A stretch of DNA of 64,000 bases from Gordius albopunctatus (taxonomy: Eukaryota). The position numbers and the translations under genes are program-made. Shown one piece after another: positions 29,601 through 45,100 of the stretch. The notes under the pieces were generated by a model, which worked only from the letters and a program-made list of their open reading frames with translations, did no database searches and was not told where the DNA came from. The stretch covers positions 7,254,001 through 7,318,000 of the forward strand of contig OZ193910.1 in the NCBI GenBank assembly GCA_964276515.1. Direction: 5' to 3'. Each line of letters opens with the position of its first letter. The first letter of the stretch is position 1.

Positions 29601-32600
29601 CAATTTTTTCCTTTCAACCATATTCAACCGATGAAAGTTGTTATTTTCAGACGTAATTTCGATGATAAAAAGTCAAAATTTATCATAATTAGAAAACTAT
29701 TACTTTGAAATCATCATCGTATAGAGCATGTTTAAATAATTAAGCACTCACGTTGCGATACAACAAATTAATCGCAACAATATAACGTTGTCTTTTCTAA
29801 AAATGATTGTTCTCGCAGCTTAAAACTTCTTATAAGGAGTCGATCGAGATTAATAGGATTCTCAAATCAGCTTACTTTTATATATTTTTTCAAGCTCTTT
29901 TACATAAAATAACAAAAAATATATTTTTCAGGTTAAAATAATTCACAATTTTTTCCTTTCAACCATATTCAACCGATGAAAGTTGTTATTTTCAGACGTG
30001 ATTTCCATGATAAAAAGTCAAAATTTATCATAATTAGAAAACTATTACTTTGAAATCATCATCGCATAGAGCATGTTTAAATAATTAAGCCCTCACGTTG
30101 CGATACAACAAATCAATCGCAACAATATAACGTTGTCTTTTCTCAAAATGATTGTTCTCGCAGCTTAAAACTTCTTTCTAAAGTCAATCGAGGATAAAAT
30201 GTTTCTCAAATTGGCTTACTTTAAAATATTTTTTCAAGCTCTTTTACATAAAATAACAAAAAATATATTTTTTCAGGTTAAAATAATTCACAATTTTTTC
30301 CTTTCAACCATATTCAACCGATGAAAGTTGTTATTTTCAGACGTGATTTCCATGATAAAAAGTCAAAATTTATCAGAATTAGAAAACTATTACTTTGAAA
30401 TCATCATCGCATAGAGCATGTTTAAATAATTAAGCACTCACGTTGCGATACAACTAATCGCAACAATATAACGTTGTCTTTTCTCAAAATGATTGTTCTC
30501 GCAGCTTAAAACTTCTAATAAGGAGTCGATCGAGAATAATAGGATTCTCAAATGAGCTTACTTTTATATATTTTTTCAAGCTCTTTTACATAAAATAACA
30601 AAAAATATATTTTTTCAGGTTAAAATAATTCACAATTTTTTCCTTTCAACCATATTCAACCGATGAAAGTTGTTATTTTCAGACGTGATTTCCATGATAA
30701 AAAGTCAAAATTTAGCAGAATTAGAAAACTATTACTTTGAAATCATCATCGCATAGAGCATGTTTAAATAATTAAGCACTCACGTTGCGATACAACAAAT
30801 CAATCGCAACAATATAACGTTGTCTTTTCTCAAAATGATTGTTCTCGCAGCTTAAAACTTCTTTCTAAAGTCAATCGAGGATAAAATGTTTCTCAAATTG
30901 GCTTACTTTAAAATATTTTTTCAAGCTCTTTTACATAAAATAACAAAAAATATATTTTTTCAGGTTAAAATAATTCACAATTTTTTCCTTTCAACCATAT
31001 TCAACCGATGAAAGTTGTTATTTTCAGACGTGATTTCCATGATAAAAAGTCAAAATTTAGCAGAATTAGAAAACTATTACTTTGAAATCATCATCGCATA
31101 GAGCATGTTTAAATAATTAAGCACTCACGTTGCGATACAACTAATCGCAACAATATAACGTTGTCTTTTCTCAAAATGATTGTTCTCGCAGGTTAAAACT
31201 TCTTTCTGAAGTCAATCGAGGATAAAAGGTTTCTCTAATTGGCTTACTTTAATATATTTTTTCAAGCTCTTTTACATAAAATAACAAAAAAAATATTTTT
31301 TCAGGTTAAATAATTCACAATTTTTTCCTTTCAACCATATTCAACCGATGAAAGTTGTTATTTTCAGACGTGATTTCCATGATAAAAAGTCAAAATTTAG
31401 CAGAATTATAAAAATATTACTTTGAAATCATCATCGCATAGAGCATGTTTAAATAATTAAGCACTCACGTTGCGATACAACTAATCGCAACAATATAACG
31501 TTGTCTTTTCTCAAAATGATTGTTCTCGCAGCTTAAAACTTCTAATAAGGAGTCGATCGAGAATAATAGGATTCTCAAATGAGCTTACTCTTATATATTT
31601 TTCAAGCTCTTTTACATAAAATAACAAAAAATATATTTTTTCAGGTTAAAATAATTCACAATTTTTTCCTTTCAACCATATTCAACCGATGAAAGTTGTT
31701 ATTTTCAGACGTGATTTCGATGATAAAAACTCAAAATTTATCATAATTAGAAAACTATTACTTTGAAATCATCATCGCATAGAGCATGTTTAAATAATTA
31801 AGCACTCACGTTGCGATACAACAAATTAATCGCAACAATATAACGTTGTCTTTTCTCAAAATGATTGTTCTCGCAGCTTAAAACTTCTAATAAGGAGTCG
31901 ATCGAGAATAATAGGATTCTCAAATGAGCTTACTTTTATATATTTTTTCAAGCTCTTTTACATAAAATAACAAAAAATATATTTTTTCAGGTTAAAATAA
32001 TTCACAATTTTTTCCTTTCAACCATATTCAACCGATGAAAGTTGTTATTTTCAGACGTGATTTCGATGATAAAAAGTCAAAATTTATCATAATTAGAAAA
32101 CTATTACTTTGAAATCATCATCGCATAGAGCATGTTTAAATAATTAAGCACTCACGTTGCGATACAACAAATTAATCGCAACAATATAACGTTGTCTTTT
32201 CTCAAAATGATTGTTCTCGCAGCTTAAAACTTCTAATAAGGAGTCGATCGAGAATAATAGGATTCTCAAATGAGCTTACTTTTATATATTTTTTCAAGCT
32301 CTTTTACATAAAATAACAAAAAATATATTTTTTCAGGTTAAAATAATTCACAATTTTTTCCTTTCAACCATATTCAACCGATGAAAGTTGTTATTTTCAG
32401 ACGTGATTTCCATGATAAAAAGTCAAAATTTAGCAGAATTAGAAAACTATTACTTTGAAATCATCATCGCATAGAGCATGTTTAAATAATTAAGCACTCA
32501 CGTTGCGATACAACTAATCGCAACAATATAACGTTGTCTTTTCTCAAAATGATTGTTCTCGCAGCTTAAAATTTCTAATAAGGAGTCGATCGAGAATAAT

Positions 32601-33120
32601 AGGATTCTCAAATGAGCTTACTTTTATATATTTTTTCAAGCTCTTTTACATAAAATAACAAAAAAAATATTTTTTCAGGTTAAATAATTCACAATTTTTT
32701 CCTTTCAACCATATTCAACCGATGAAAGTTGTTATTTTCAGACGTGATTTCGATGATAAAAAGTCAAAATTTATCAGAATTAGAAAACTATTACTTTGAA
32801 ATCATCATCGCATAGAGCATGTTTAAATAATTAAGCAGTCACGTTGCGATACAACTAATCGCAACAATATAACGTTGTCTTTTCTCAAAATGATTGTTCT
32901 CGCAGCTTAAAACTTCTAATAAGGAGTCGATCGAGAATAATAGGATTCTCAAATGAGCTTACTTTTATATATTTTTTCAAGCTCTTTTACATAAAATAAC
33001 AAAAAAAATATTTTTTCAGGTTAAATAATTCACAATTTTTTCCTTTCAACCATATTCAACCGATGAAAGTTGTTATTTTCAGACGTGATTTCCATGATAA
33101 AAAGTCAAAATTTAGCAGAA

Positions 33121-36100
33121 TTAGAAAACTATTACTTTGAAATCATCATCGCATAGAGCATGTTTAAATAATTAAGCACTCACGTTGCGATACAACAAAT
33201 TAATTGCAACAATATAACGTTGTCTTTTCTCAAAATGATTGTTCTCGCAGCTTAAAACTTCTAATAAGGAGTCGATCGAGAATAATAGGATTCTCAAATG
33301 AGCTTACTTTTATATATTTTTTCAAGCTCTTTTACATAAAATAACAAAAAAAATATTTTTTCAGGTTAAATAATTCACAATTTTTTCCTTTCAACCATAT
33401 TCAACCGATGAAAGTTGTTATTTTCAGACGTGATTTCCATGATAAAAAGTCAAAATTTAGCAGAATTAGAAAACTATTACTTTGAAATCATCATCGCATA
33501 GAGCATGTTTAAATAATTAAGCACTCACGTTGCGATACAACTAATCGCAACAATATAACGTTGTCTTTTCTCAAAATGATTGTTCTCGCAGCTTAAAACT
33601 TCTAATAAGGAGTCGATCGAGAATAATAGGATTCTCAAATGAGCTTACTTTTATATATTTTTCAAGCTCTTTTACATAAAATAACAAAAAATATATTTTT
33701 TCAGGTTAAAATAATTCACAATTTTTTCCTTTCAACCATATTCAACCGATGAAAGTTGTTATTTTCAGACGTGATTTCGATGATAAAAAGTCAAAATTTA
33801 TCAGAATTAGAAAACTATTACTTTGAAATCATCATCGCATAGAGCATGTTTAAATAATTAAGCAGTCACGTTGCGATACAACTAATCGCAACAATATAAC
33901 GTTGTCTTTTCTCAAAATGATTGTTCTCGCAGCTTAAAACTTCTAATAAGGAGTCGATACAGAATAATAGGATTCTCAAATGAGCTTACTTTTATATATT
34001 TTTCAAGCTCTTTTATATAAAATAACAAAAAATATATTTTTTCAGGTTAAAATAATTCACAATTTTTTCCTTTCAACCATATTCAACCGATGAAAGTTGT
34101 TATTTTCAGACGTGATTTCGATGATAAAAAGTCAAAATTTATCAGAATTAGAAAACTATTACTTTGAAATCATCATCGCATAGAGCATGTTTAAATAATT
34201 AAGCACTCACGTTGCGATACAACTAATCGCAACAATATAACGTTGTCTTTTCTCAAAATGATTGTTCTCGCAGCTTAAAACTTCTTTCTAAAGTCAATCG
34301 AGGATAAAAGGTTTCTCAAATTGGCTTACTTTAAAATATTTTTTCAAGCTCTTTTACATAAAATAACAAAAAATATATTTTTTCAGGTTAAAATAATTCA
34401 CAATTTTTTCCTTTCAACCATATTCAACCGATGAAAGTTGTTATTTTCAGACGTGATTTCCATGATAAAAAGTCAAAATTTATCAGAATTAGAAAACTAT
34501 TACTTTGAAATCATCATCGCATAGAGCATGTTTAAATAATTAAGCACTCACGTTGCGATACAACTAATCGCAACAATATAACGTTGTCTTTTCTCAAAAT
34601 GATTGTTCTCGCAGCTTAAAACTTCTAATAAGGAGTCGATCGAGAATAATAGGATTCTCAAATGAGCTTACTTTTATATATTTTTTCAAGCTCTTTTACA
34701 TAAAATAACAAAAAATATATTTTTTCAGGTTAAAATAATTCACAATTTTTTCCTTTCAACCATATTCAACCGATGAAAGTTGTTATTTTCAGACGTGATT
34801 TCCATGATAAAAAGTCAAAATTTAGCAGAATTAGAAAACTATTACTTTGAAATCATCATCGCATAGAGCATGTTTAAATAATTAAGCACTCACGTTGCGA
34901 TACAACTAATCGCAACAATATAACGTTGTCTTTTCTCAAAATGATTGTTCTCGCAGCCTAAAACTTCTAATAAGGAGTCGATCGAGAATAATAGGATTCT
35001 CAAATGAGCTTACTTTTATATATTTTTTCAAGCTCTTTTACATAAAATAATAAAAAATATATTATTTAGCTCCGTATAACTCACAATTTTTTCCATTCAA
35101 CCATATTCAACCGATGAAAGTTGTTATTTTCAGACGTGATTTCGATGATAAAAAGTCAAAATTTATCATAATTAGAAAACTATTACTTTGAAATCATCAT
35201 CGCATAGAGCATGTTTAAATAATTAAGCACTCACGTTGCGATACAACAAATTAATTGCAACAATATAACGTTGTCTTTTCTCAAAATGATTGTTCTCGCA
35301 GCTTAAAACTTCTAATAAGGAGTCGATCGAGAATAATAGGATTCTCAAATGAGCTTACTTTTATATATTTTTTCAAGCTCTTTTACATAAAATAACAAAA
35401 AAAATATTTTTTCAGGTTAAATAATTCACAATTTTTTCCTTTCAACCATATTCAACCGATGAAAGTTGTTATTTTCAGACGTGATTTCCATGATAAAAAG
35501 TCAAAATTTAGCAGAATTAGAAAACTATTACTTTGAAATCATCATCGCATAGAGCATGTTTAAATAATTAAGCACTCACGTTGCGATACAACTAATCGCA
35601 ACAATATAACGTTGTCTTTTCTCAAAATGATTGTTCTCGCAGCTTAAAACTTCTAATAAGGAGTCGATCGAGAATAATAGGATTCTCAAATGAGCTTACT
35701 TTTATATATTTTTCAAGCTCTTTTACATAAAATAACAAAAAATATATTTTTTCAGGTTAAAATAATTCACAATTTTTTCCTTTCAACCATATTCAACCGA
35801 TGAAAGTTGTTATTTTCAGACGTGATTTCGATGATAAAAAGTCAAAATTTATCAGAATTAGAAAACTATTACTTTGAAATCATCATCGCATAGAGCATGT
35901 TTAAATAATTAAGCAGTCACGTTGCGATACAACTAATCGCAACAATATAACGTTGTCTTTTCTCAAAATGATTGTTCTCGCAGCTTAAAACTTCTAATAA
36001 GGAGTCGATACAGAATAATAGGATTCTCAAATGAGCTTACTTTTATATATTTTTCAAGCTCTTTTACATAAAATAACAAAAAATATATTTTTTCAGGTTA

Positions 36101-36830
36101 AAATAATTCACAATTTTTTCCTTTCAACCATATTCAACCGATGAAAGTTGTTATTTTCAGACGTGATTTCGATGATAAAAAGTCAAAATTTATCAGAATT
36201 AGAAAACTATTACTTTGAAATCATCATCGCATAGAGCATGTTTAAATAATTAAGCACTCACGTTGCGATACAACTAATCGCAACAATATAACGTTGTCTT
36301 TTCTCAAAATGATTGTTCTCGCAGCTTAAAACTTCTTTCTAAAGTCAATCGAGGATAAAAGGTTTCTCAAATTGGCTTACTTTAAAATATTTTTTCAAGC
36401 TCTTTTACATAAAATAACAAAAAATATATTTTTTCAGGTTAAAATAATTCACAATTTTTTCCTTTCAACCATATTCAACCGATGAAAGTTGTTATTTTCA
36501 GACGTGATTTCCATGATAAAAAGTCAAAATTTATCAGAATTAGAAAACTATTACTTTGAAATCATCATCGCATAGAGCATGTTTAAATAATTAAGCACTC
36601 ACGTTGCGATACAACTAATCGCAACAATATAACGTTGTCTTTTCTCAAAATGATTGTTCTCGCAGCTTAAAACTTCTAATAAGGAGTCGATCGAGAATAA
36701 TAGGATTCTCAAATGAGCTTACTTTTATATATTTTTTCAAGCTCTTTTACATAAAATAACAAAAAATATATTTTTTCAGGTTAAAATAATTCACAATTTT
36801 TTCCTTTCAAACATATTCAACCGATGAAAG
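33121..36830. repeat. 6-monomer (2,051 bp) tandem duplication, also copied at ~10,081-12,060
   Basis: Marker gagtcgatAC ends at 10980, 33960 and 36011. The taatTgcaac and agcaGtcacg markers keep the same order and spacing in all three copies. Confidence 0.85.
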
Positions 36831-39129
36831 TTGTTATTTTCAGACGTGATTTCCATGATAAAAAGTCAAAATTTATCAGAATTAGAAAACTATTACTTTG
36901 AAATCATCATCGCATAGAGCATGTTTAAATAATTAAGCACTCACGTTGCGATACAACAAATTAATTGCAACAATATAACGTTGTCTTTTCTCAAAATGAT
37001 TGTTCTCGCAGCTTAAAACTTCTAATAAGGAGTCGATCGAGAATAATAGGATTCTCAAATGAGCTTACTTTTATATATTTTTTCAAGCTCTTTTACATAA
37101 AATAACAAAAAAAATATTTTTTCAGGTTAAATAATTCACAATTTTTTCCTTTCAACCATATTCAACCGATGAAAGTTGTTATTTTCAGACGTGATTTCCA
37201 TGATAAAAAGTCAAAATTTAGCAGAATTAGAAAACTATTACTTTGAAATCATCATCGCATAGAGCATGTTTAAATAATTAAGCACTCACGTTGCGATACA
37301 ACTAATCGCAACAATATAACGTTGTCTTTTCTCAAAATGATTGTTCTCGCAGCTTAAAACTTCTAATAAGGAGTCGATACAGAATAATAGGATTCTCAAA
37401 TGAGCTTACTTTTATATATTTTTCAAGCTCTTTTACATAAAATAACAAAAAATATATTTTTTCAGGTTAAAATAATTCACAATTTTTTCCTTTCAACCAT
37501 ATTCAACCGATGAAAGTTGTTATTTTCAGACGTGATTTCGATGATAAAAAGTCAAAATTTATCAGAATTAGAAAACTATTACTTTGAAATCATCATCGCA
37601 TAGAGCATGTTTAAATAATTAAGCACTCACGTTGCGATACAACTAATCGCAACAATATAACGTTGTCTTTTCTCAAAATGATTGTTCTCGCAGCTTAAAA
37701 CTTCTTTCTAAAGTCAATCGAGGATAAAAGGTTTCTCAAATTGGCTTACTTTAAAATATTTTTTCAAGCTCTTTTACATAAAATAACAAAAAATATATTT
37801 TTTCAGGTTAAAATAATTCACAATTTTTTCCTTTCAACCATATTCAACCGATGAAAGTTGTTATTTTCAGACGTGATTTCCATGATAAAAAGTCAAAATT
37901 TATCATAATTAGAAAACTATTACTTTGAAATCATCATCGCATAGAGCATGTTTAAATAATTAAGCACTCACGTTGCGATACAACTAATCGCAACAATATA
38001 ACGTTGTCTTTTCTCAAAATGATTGTTCTCGCAGCCTAAAACTTCTAATAAGGAGTCGATCGAGAATAATAGGATTCTCAAATGAGCTTACTTTTATATA
38101 TTTTTTCAAGCTCTTTTACATAAAATAACAAAAAATATATTTTTTCAGGTTAAAATAATTCACAATTTTTTCCTTTCAACCATATTCAACCGATGAAAGT
38201 TGTTATTTTCAGACGTGATTTCCATGATAAAAAGTCAAAATTTATCAGAATTAGAAAACTATTACTTTGAAATCATCATCGTATAGAGCATGTTTAAATA
38301 ATTAAGCACTCACGTTGCGATACAACAAATTAATCGCAACAATATAACGTTGTCTTTTCTAAAAATGATTGTTCTCGCAGCTTAAAACTTCTTATAAGGA
38401 GTCGATCGAGATTAATAGGATTCTCAAATCAGCTTACTTTTATATATTTTTTCAAGCTCTTTTACATAAAATAACAAAAAATATGTTTTTTCAGGTTAAA
38501 ATAATTCACAATTTTTTCCTTTCAACCATATTCAACCGATGAAAGTTGTTATTTTCAGACGTGATTTCCATGATAAAAAGTCAAAATTTATCAGAATTAG
38601 AAAACTATTACTTTGAAATCATCATCGCATAGAGCATGTTTAAATAATTAAGCACTCACGTTGCGATACAACTAATCGCAACAATATAACGTTGTCTTTT
38701 CTCAAAATGATTGTTCTCGCAGCCTAAAACTTCTAATAAGGAGTCGATCGAGAATAATAGGATTCTCAAATGAGCTTACTTTTATATATTTTTTCAAGCT
38801 CTTTTACATAAAATAACAAAAAATATATTTTTTCAGGTTAAAATAATTCACAATTTTTTCCTTTCAACCATATTCAACCGATGAAAGTTGTTATTTTCAG
38901 ACGTAATTTCGATGATAAAAAGTCAAAATTTATCATAATTAGAAAACTATTACTTTGAAATCATCATCGTATAGAGCATGTTTAAATAATTAAGCACTCA
39001 CGTTGCGATACAACAAATTAATCGCAACAATATAACGTTGTCTTTTCTAAAAATGATTGTTCTCGCAGCTTAAAACTTCTTATAAGGAGTCGATCGAGAT
39101 TAATAGGATTCTCAAATCAGCTTACTTTT

Positions 39130-42100
39130 ATATATTTTTTCAAGCTCTTTTACATAAAATAACAAAAAATATATTTTTCAGGTTAAAATAATTCACAATT
39201 TTTTCCTTTCAACCATATTCAACCGATGAAAGTTGTTATTTTCAGACGTGATTTCCATGATAAAAAGTCAAAATTTATCATAATTAGAAAACTATTACTT
39301 TGAAATCATCATCGCATAGAGCATGTTTAAATAATTAAGCCCTCACGTTGCGATACAACAAATCAATCGCAACAATATAACGTTGTCTTTTCTCAAAATG
39401 ATTGTTCTCGCAGCTTAAAACTTCTTTCTAAAGTCAATCGAGGATAAAAGGTTTCTCAAATTGGCTTACTTTAAAATATTTTTTCAAGCTCTTTTACATA
39501 AAATAACAAAAAATATATTTTTTCAGGTTAAAATAATTCACAATTTTTTCCTTTCAACCATATTCAACCGATGAAAGTTGTTATTTTCAGACGTGATTTC
39601 CATGATAAAAAGTCAAAATTTATGAGAATTAGAAAACTATTACTTTGAAATCATCATCGCATAGAGCATGTTTAAATAATTAAGCACTCACGTTGCGATA
39701 CAACTAATCGCAACAATATAACGTTTTCTTTTCTCAAAATGATTGTTCTCGCAGCTTAAAACTTCTAATAAGGAGTCGATCGAGAATAATAGGATTCTCA
39801 AATGAGCTTACTTTTATATATTTTTTCAAGCTCTTTTACATAAAATAACAAAAAATATATTTTTTCAGGTTAAAATAATTCACAATTTTTTCCTTTCAAC
39901 CATATTCAACCGATGAAAGTTGTTATTTTCAGACGTGATTTCCATGATAAAAAGTCAAAATTTAGCAGAATTAGAAAACTATTACTTTGAAATCATCATC
40001 GCATAGAGCATGTTTAAATAATTAAGCACTCACGTTGCGATACAACTAATCGCAACAATATAACGTTGTCTTTTCTCAAAATGATTGTTCTCGCAGCTTA
40101 AAACTTCTAATAAGGAGTCGATCGAGAATAATAGGATTCTCAAATGAGCTTACTTTTATATATTTTTTCAAGCTCTTTTACATATAATAACAAAAAATAT
40201 ATTTTTTCAGGTTAAAATAATTCACAATTTTTTCCTTTCAACCATATTCAACCGATGAAAGTTGTTATTTTCAGACGTGATTTCCATGATAAAAAGTCAA
40301 AATTTAGCAGAATTAGAAAACTATTACTTTGAAATCATCATCGCATAGAGCATGTTTAAATAATTAAGCACTCACGTTGCGATACAACTAATCGCAACAA
40401 TATAACGTTGTCTTTTCTCAAAATGATTGTTCTCGCAGGTTAAAACTTCTTTCTGAAGTCAATCGAGGATAAAAGGTTTCTCTAATTGGCTTACTTTAAT
40501 ATATTTTTTCAAGCTCTTTTACATAAAATAACAAAAAAAATATTTTTTCAGGTTAAATAATTCACAATTTTTTCCTTTCAACCATATTCAACCGATGAAA
40601 GTTGTTATTTTCAGACGTGATTTCCATGATAAAAAGTCAAAATTTAGCAGAATTAGAAAAATATTACTTTGAAATCATCATCGCATAGAGCATGTTTAAA
40701 TAATTAAGCACTCACGTTGCGATACAACTAATCGCAACAATATAACGTTGTCTTTTCTCAAAATGATTGTTCTCGCAGCTTAAAACTTCTAATAAGGAGT
40801 CGATCGAGAATAATAGGATTCTCAAATGAGCTTACTCTTATATATTTTTCAAGCTCTTTTACATAAAATAACAAAAAATATATTTTTTCAGGTTAAAATA
40901 ATTCACAATTTTTTCCTTTCAACCATATTCAACCGATGAAAGTTGTTATTTTCAGACGTGATTTCGATGATAAAAAGTCAAAATTTATCATAATTAGAAA
41001 ACTATTACTTTGAAATCATCATCGCATAGAGCATGTTTAAATAATTAAGCACTCACGTTGCGATACAACAAATTAATCGCAACAATATAACGTTGTCTTT
41101 TCTAAAAATGATTGTTCTCGCAGCTTAAAACTTCTTATAAGGAGTCGATCGAGATTAATAGGATTCTCAAATCAGCTTACTTTTATATATTTTTTCAAGC
41201 TCTTTTACATAAAATAACAAAAAATATATTTTTCAGGTTAAAATAATTCACAATTTTTTCCTTTCAACCATATTCAACCGATGAAAGTTGTTATTTTCAG
41301 ACGTGATTTCCATGATAAAAAGTCAAAATTTATCATAATTAGAAAACTATTACTTTGAAATCATCATCGCATAGAGCATGTTTAAATAATTAAGCCCTCA
41401 CGTTGCGATACAACAAATCAATCGCAACAATATAACGTTGTCTTTTCTCAAAATGATTGTTCTCGCAGCTTAAAACTTCTTTCTAAAGTCAATCGAGGAT
41501 AAAAGGTTTCTCAAATTGGCTTACTTTAAAATATTTTTTCAAGCTCTTTTACATAAAATAACAAAAAATATATTTTTTCAGGTTAAAATAATTCACAATT
41601 TTTTCCTTTCAACCATATTCAACCGATGAAAGTTGTTATTTTCAGACGTGATTTCCATGATAAAAAGTCAAAATTTATCAGAATTAGAAAACTATTACTT
41701 TGAAATCATCATCGCATAGAGCATGTTTAAATAATTAAGCACTCACGTTGCGATACAACTAATCGCAACAATATAACGTTGTCTTTTCTCAAAATGATTG
41801 TTCTCGCAGCTTAAAACTTCTAATAAGGAGTCGATCGAGAATAATAGGATTCTCAAATGAGCTTACTTTTATATATTTTTTCAAGCTCTTTTACATAAAA
41901 TAACAAAAAATATATTTTTTCAGGTTAAAATAATTCACAATTTTTTCCTTTCAACCATATTCAACCGATGAAAGTTGTTATTTTCAGACGTGATTTCCAT
42001 GATAAAAAGTCAAAATTTAGCAGAATTAGAAAACTATTACTTTGAAATCATCATCGCATAGAGCATGTTTAAATAATTAAGCACTCACGTTGCGATACAA

Positions 42101-45100
42101 CTAATCGCAACAATATAACGTTGTCTTTTCTCAAAATGATTGTTCTCGCAGCTTAAAACTTCTAATAAGGAGTCGATCGAGAATAATAGGATTCTCAAAT
42201 GAGGTTACTTTTATATATTTTTTCAAGCTCTTTTACATAAAATAACAAAAAATATATTTTTTCAGGTTAAAATAATTCACAATTTTTTCCTTTCAACCAT
42301 ATTCAACCGATGAAAGTTGTTATTTTCAGACGTGATTTCCATGATAAAAAGTCAAAATTTAGCAGAATTAGAAAACTATTACTTTGAAATCATCATCGCA
42401 TAGAGCATGTTTAAATAATTAAGCACTCACGTTGCGATACAACTAATCGCAACAATATAACGTTGTCTTTTCTCAAAATGATTGTTCTCGCAGGTTAAAA
42501 CTTCTTTCTGAAGTCAATCGAGGATAAAAGGTTTCTCTAATTGGCTTACTTTAATATATTTTTTCAAGCTCTTTTACATAAAATAACAAAAAAAATATTT
42601 TTTCAGGTTAAATAATTCACAATTTTTTCCTTTCAACCATATTCAACCGATGAAAGTTGTTATTTTCAGACGTGATTTCCATGATAAAAAGTCAAAATTT
42701 AGCAGAATTAGAAAAATATTACTTTGAAATCATCATCGCATAGAGCATGTTTAAATAATTAAGCACTCACGTTGCGATACAACTAATCGCAACAATATAA
42801 CGTTGTCTTTTCTCAAAATGATTGTTCTCGCAGCTTAAAACTTCTAATAAGGAGTCGATCGAGAATAATAGGATTCTCAAATGAGCTTACTCTTATATAT
42901 TTTTCAAGCTCTTTTACATAAAATAACAAAAAATATATTTTTTCAGGTTAAAATAATTCACAATTTTTTCCTTTCAACCATATTCAACCGATGAAAGTTG
43001 TTATTTTCAGACGTGATTTCGATGATAAAAAGTCAAAATTTATCATAATTAGAAAACTATTACTTTGAAATCATCATCGCATAGAGCATGTTTAAATAAT
43101 TAAGCACTCACGTTGCGATACAACAAATTAATCGCAACAATATAACGTTGTCTTTTCTAAAAATGATTGTTCTCGCAGCTTAAAACTTCTTATAAGGAGT
43201 CGATCGAGATTAATAGGATTCTCAAATCAGCTTACTTTTATATATTTTTTCAAGCTCTTTTACATAAAATAACAAAAAATATATTTTTCAGGTTAAAATA
43301 ATTCACAATTTTTTCCTTTCAACCATATTCAACCGATGAAAGTTGTTATTTTCAGACGTGATTTCCATGATAAAAAGTCAAAATTTATCATAATTAGAAA
43401 ACTATTACTTTGAAATCATCATCGCATAGAGCATGTTTAAATAATTAAGCCCTCACGTTGCGATACAACAAATCAATCGCAACAATATAACGTTGTCTTT
43501 TCTCAAAATGATTGTTCTCGCAGCTTAAAACTTCTTTCTAAAGTCAATCGAGGATAAAAGGTTTCTCAAATTGGCTTACTTTAAAATATTTTTTCAAGCT
43601 CTTTTACATAAAATAACAAAAAATATATTTTTTCAGGTTAAAATAATTCACAATTTTTTCCTTTCAACCATATTCAACCGATGAAAGTTGTTATTTTCAG
43701 ACGTGATTTCCATGATAAAAAGTCAAAATTTATCAGAATTAGAAAACTATTACTTTGAAATCATCATCGCATAGAGCATGTTTAAATAATTAAGCACTCA
43801 CGTTGCGATACAACTAATCGCAACAATATAACGTTGTCTTTTCTCAAAATGATTGTTCTCGCAGCTTAAAACTTCTAATAAGGAGTCGATCGAGAATAAT
43901 AGGATTCTCAAATGAGCTTACTTTTATATATTTTTTCAAGCTCTTTTACATAAAATAACAAAAAATATATTTTTTCAGGTTAAAATAATTCACAATTTTT
44001 TCCTTTCAACCATATTCAACCGATGAAAGTTGTTATTTTCAGACGTGATTTCCATGATAAAAAGTCAAAATTTAGCAGAATTAGAAAACTATTACTTTGA
44101 AATCATCATCGCATAGAGCATGTTTAAATAATTAAGCACTCACGTTGCGATACAACTAATCGCAACAATATAACGTTGTCTTTTCTCAAAATGATTGTTC
44201 TCGCAGCTTAAAACTTCTAATAAGGAGTCGATCGAGAATAATAGGATTCTCAAATGAGCTTACTTTTATATATTTTTTCAAGCTCTTTTACATAAAATAA
44301 CAAAAAATATATTTTTTCAGGTTAAAATAATTCACAATTTTTTCCTTTCAACCATATTCAACCGATGAAAGTTGTTATTTTCAGACGTGATTTCCATGAT
44401 AAAAAGTCAAAATTTAGCAGAATTAGAAAACTATTACTTTGAAATCATCATCGCATAGAGCATGTTTAAATAATTAAGCACTCACGTTGCGATACAACTA
44501 ATCGCAACAATATAACGTTGTCTTTTCTCAAAATGATTGTTCTCGCAGGTTAAAACTTCTTTCTGAAGTCAATCGAGGATAAAAGGTTTCTCTAATTGGC
44601 TTACTTTAATATATTTTTTCAAGCTCTTTTACATAAAATAACAAAAAAAATATTTTTTCAGGTTAAATAATTCACAATTTTTTCCTTTCAACCATATTCA
44701 ACCGATGAAAGTTGTTATTTTCAGACGTGATTTCCATGATAAAAAGTGAAAATTTAGCAGAATTAGAAAAATATTACTTTGAAATCATCATCGCATAGAG
44801 CATGTTTAAATAATTAAGCACTCACGTTGCGATACAACTAATCGCAACAATATAACGTTGTCTTTTCTCAAAATGATTGTTCTCGCAGCTTAAAACTTCT
44901 AATAAGGAGTCGATCGAGAATAATAGGATTCTCAAATGAGCTTACTCTTATATATTTTTCAAGCTCTTTTACATAAAATAACAAAAAATATATTTTTTCA
45001 GGTTAAAATAATTCACAATTTTTTCCTTTCAACCATATTCAACCGATGAAAGTTGTTATTTTCAGACGTGATTTCGATGATAAAAAGTCAAAATTTATCA

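Noticed and set aside
35051..35095. Transposon insertion or excision footprint
   Set aside because: The net length change is only -1 bp, there is no duplicated target site, and the patch remains alignable to the monomer.
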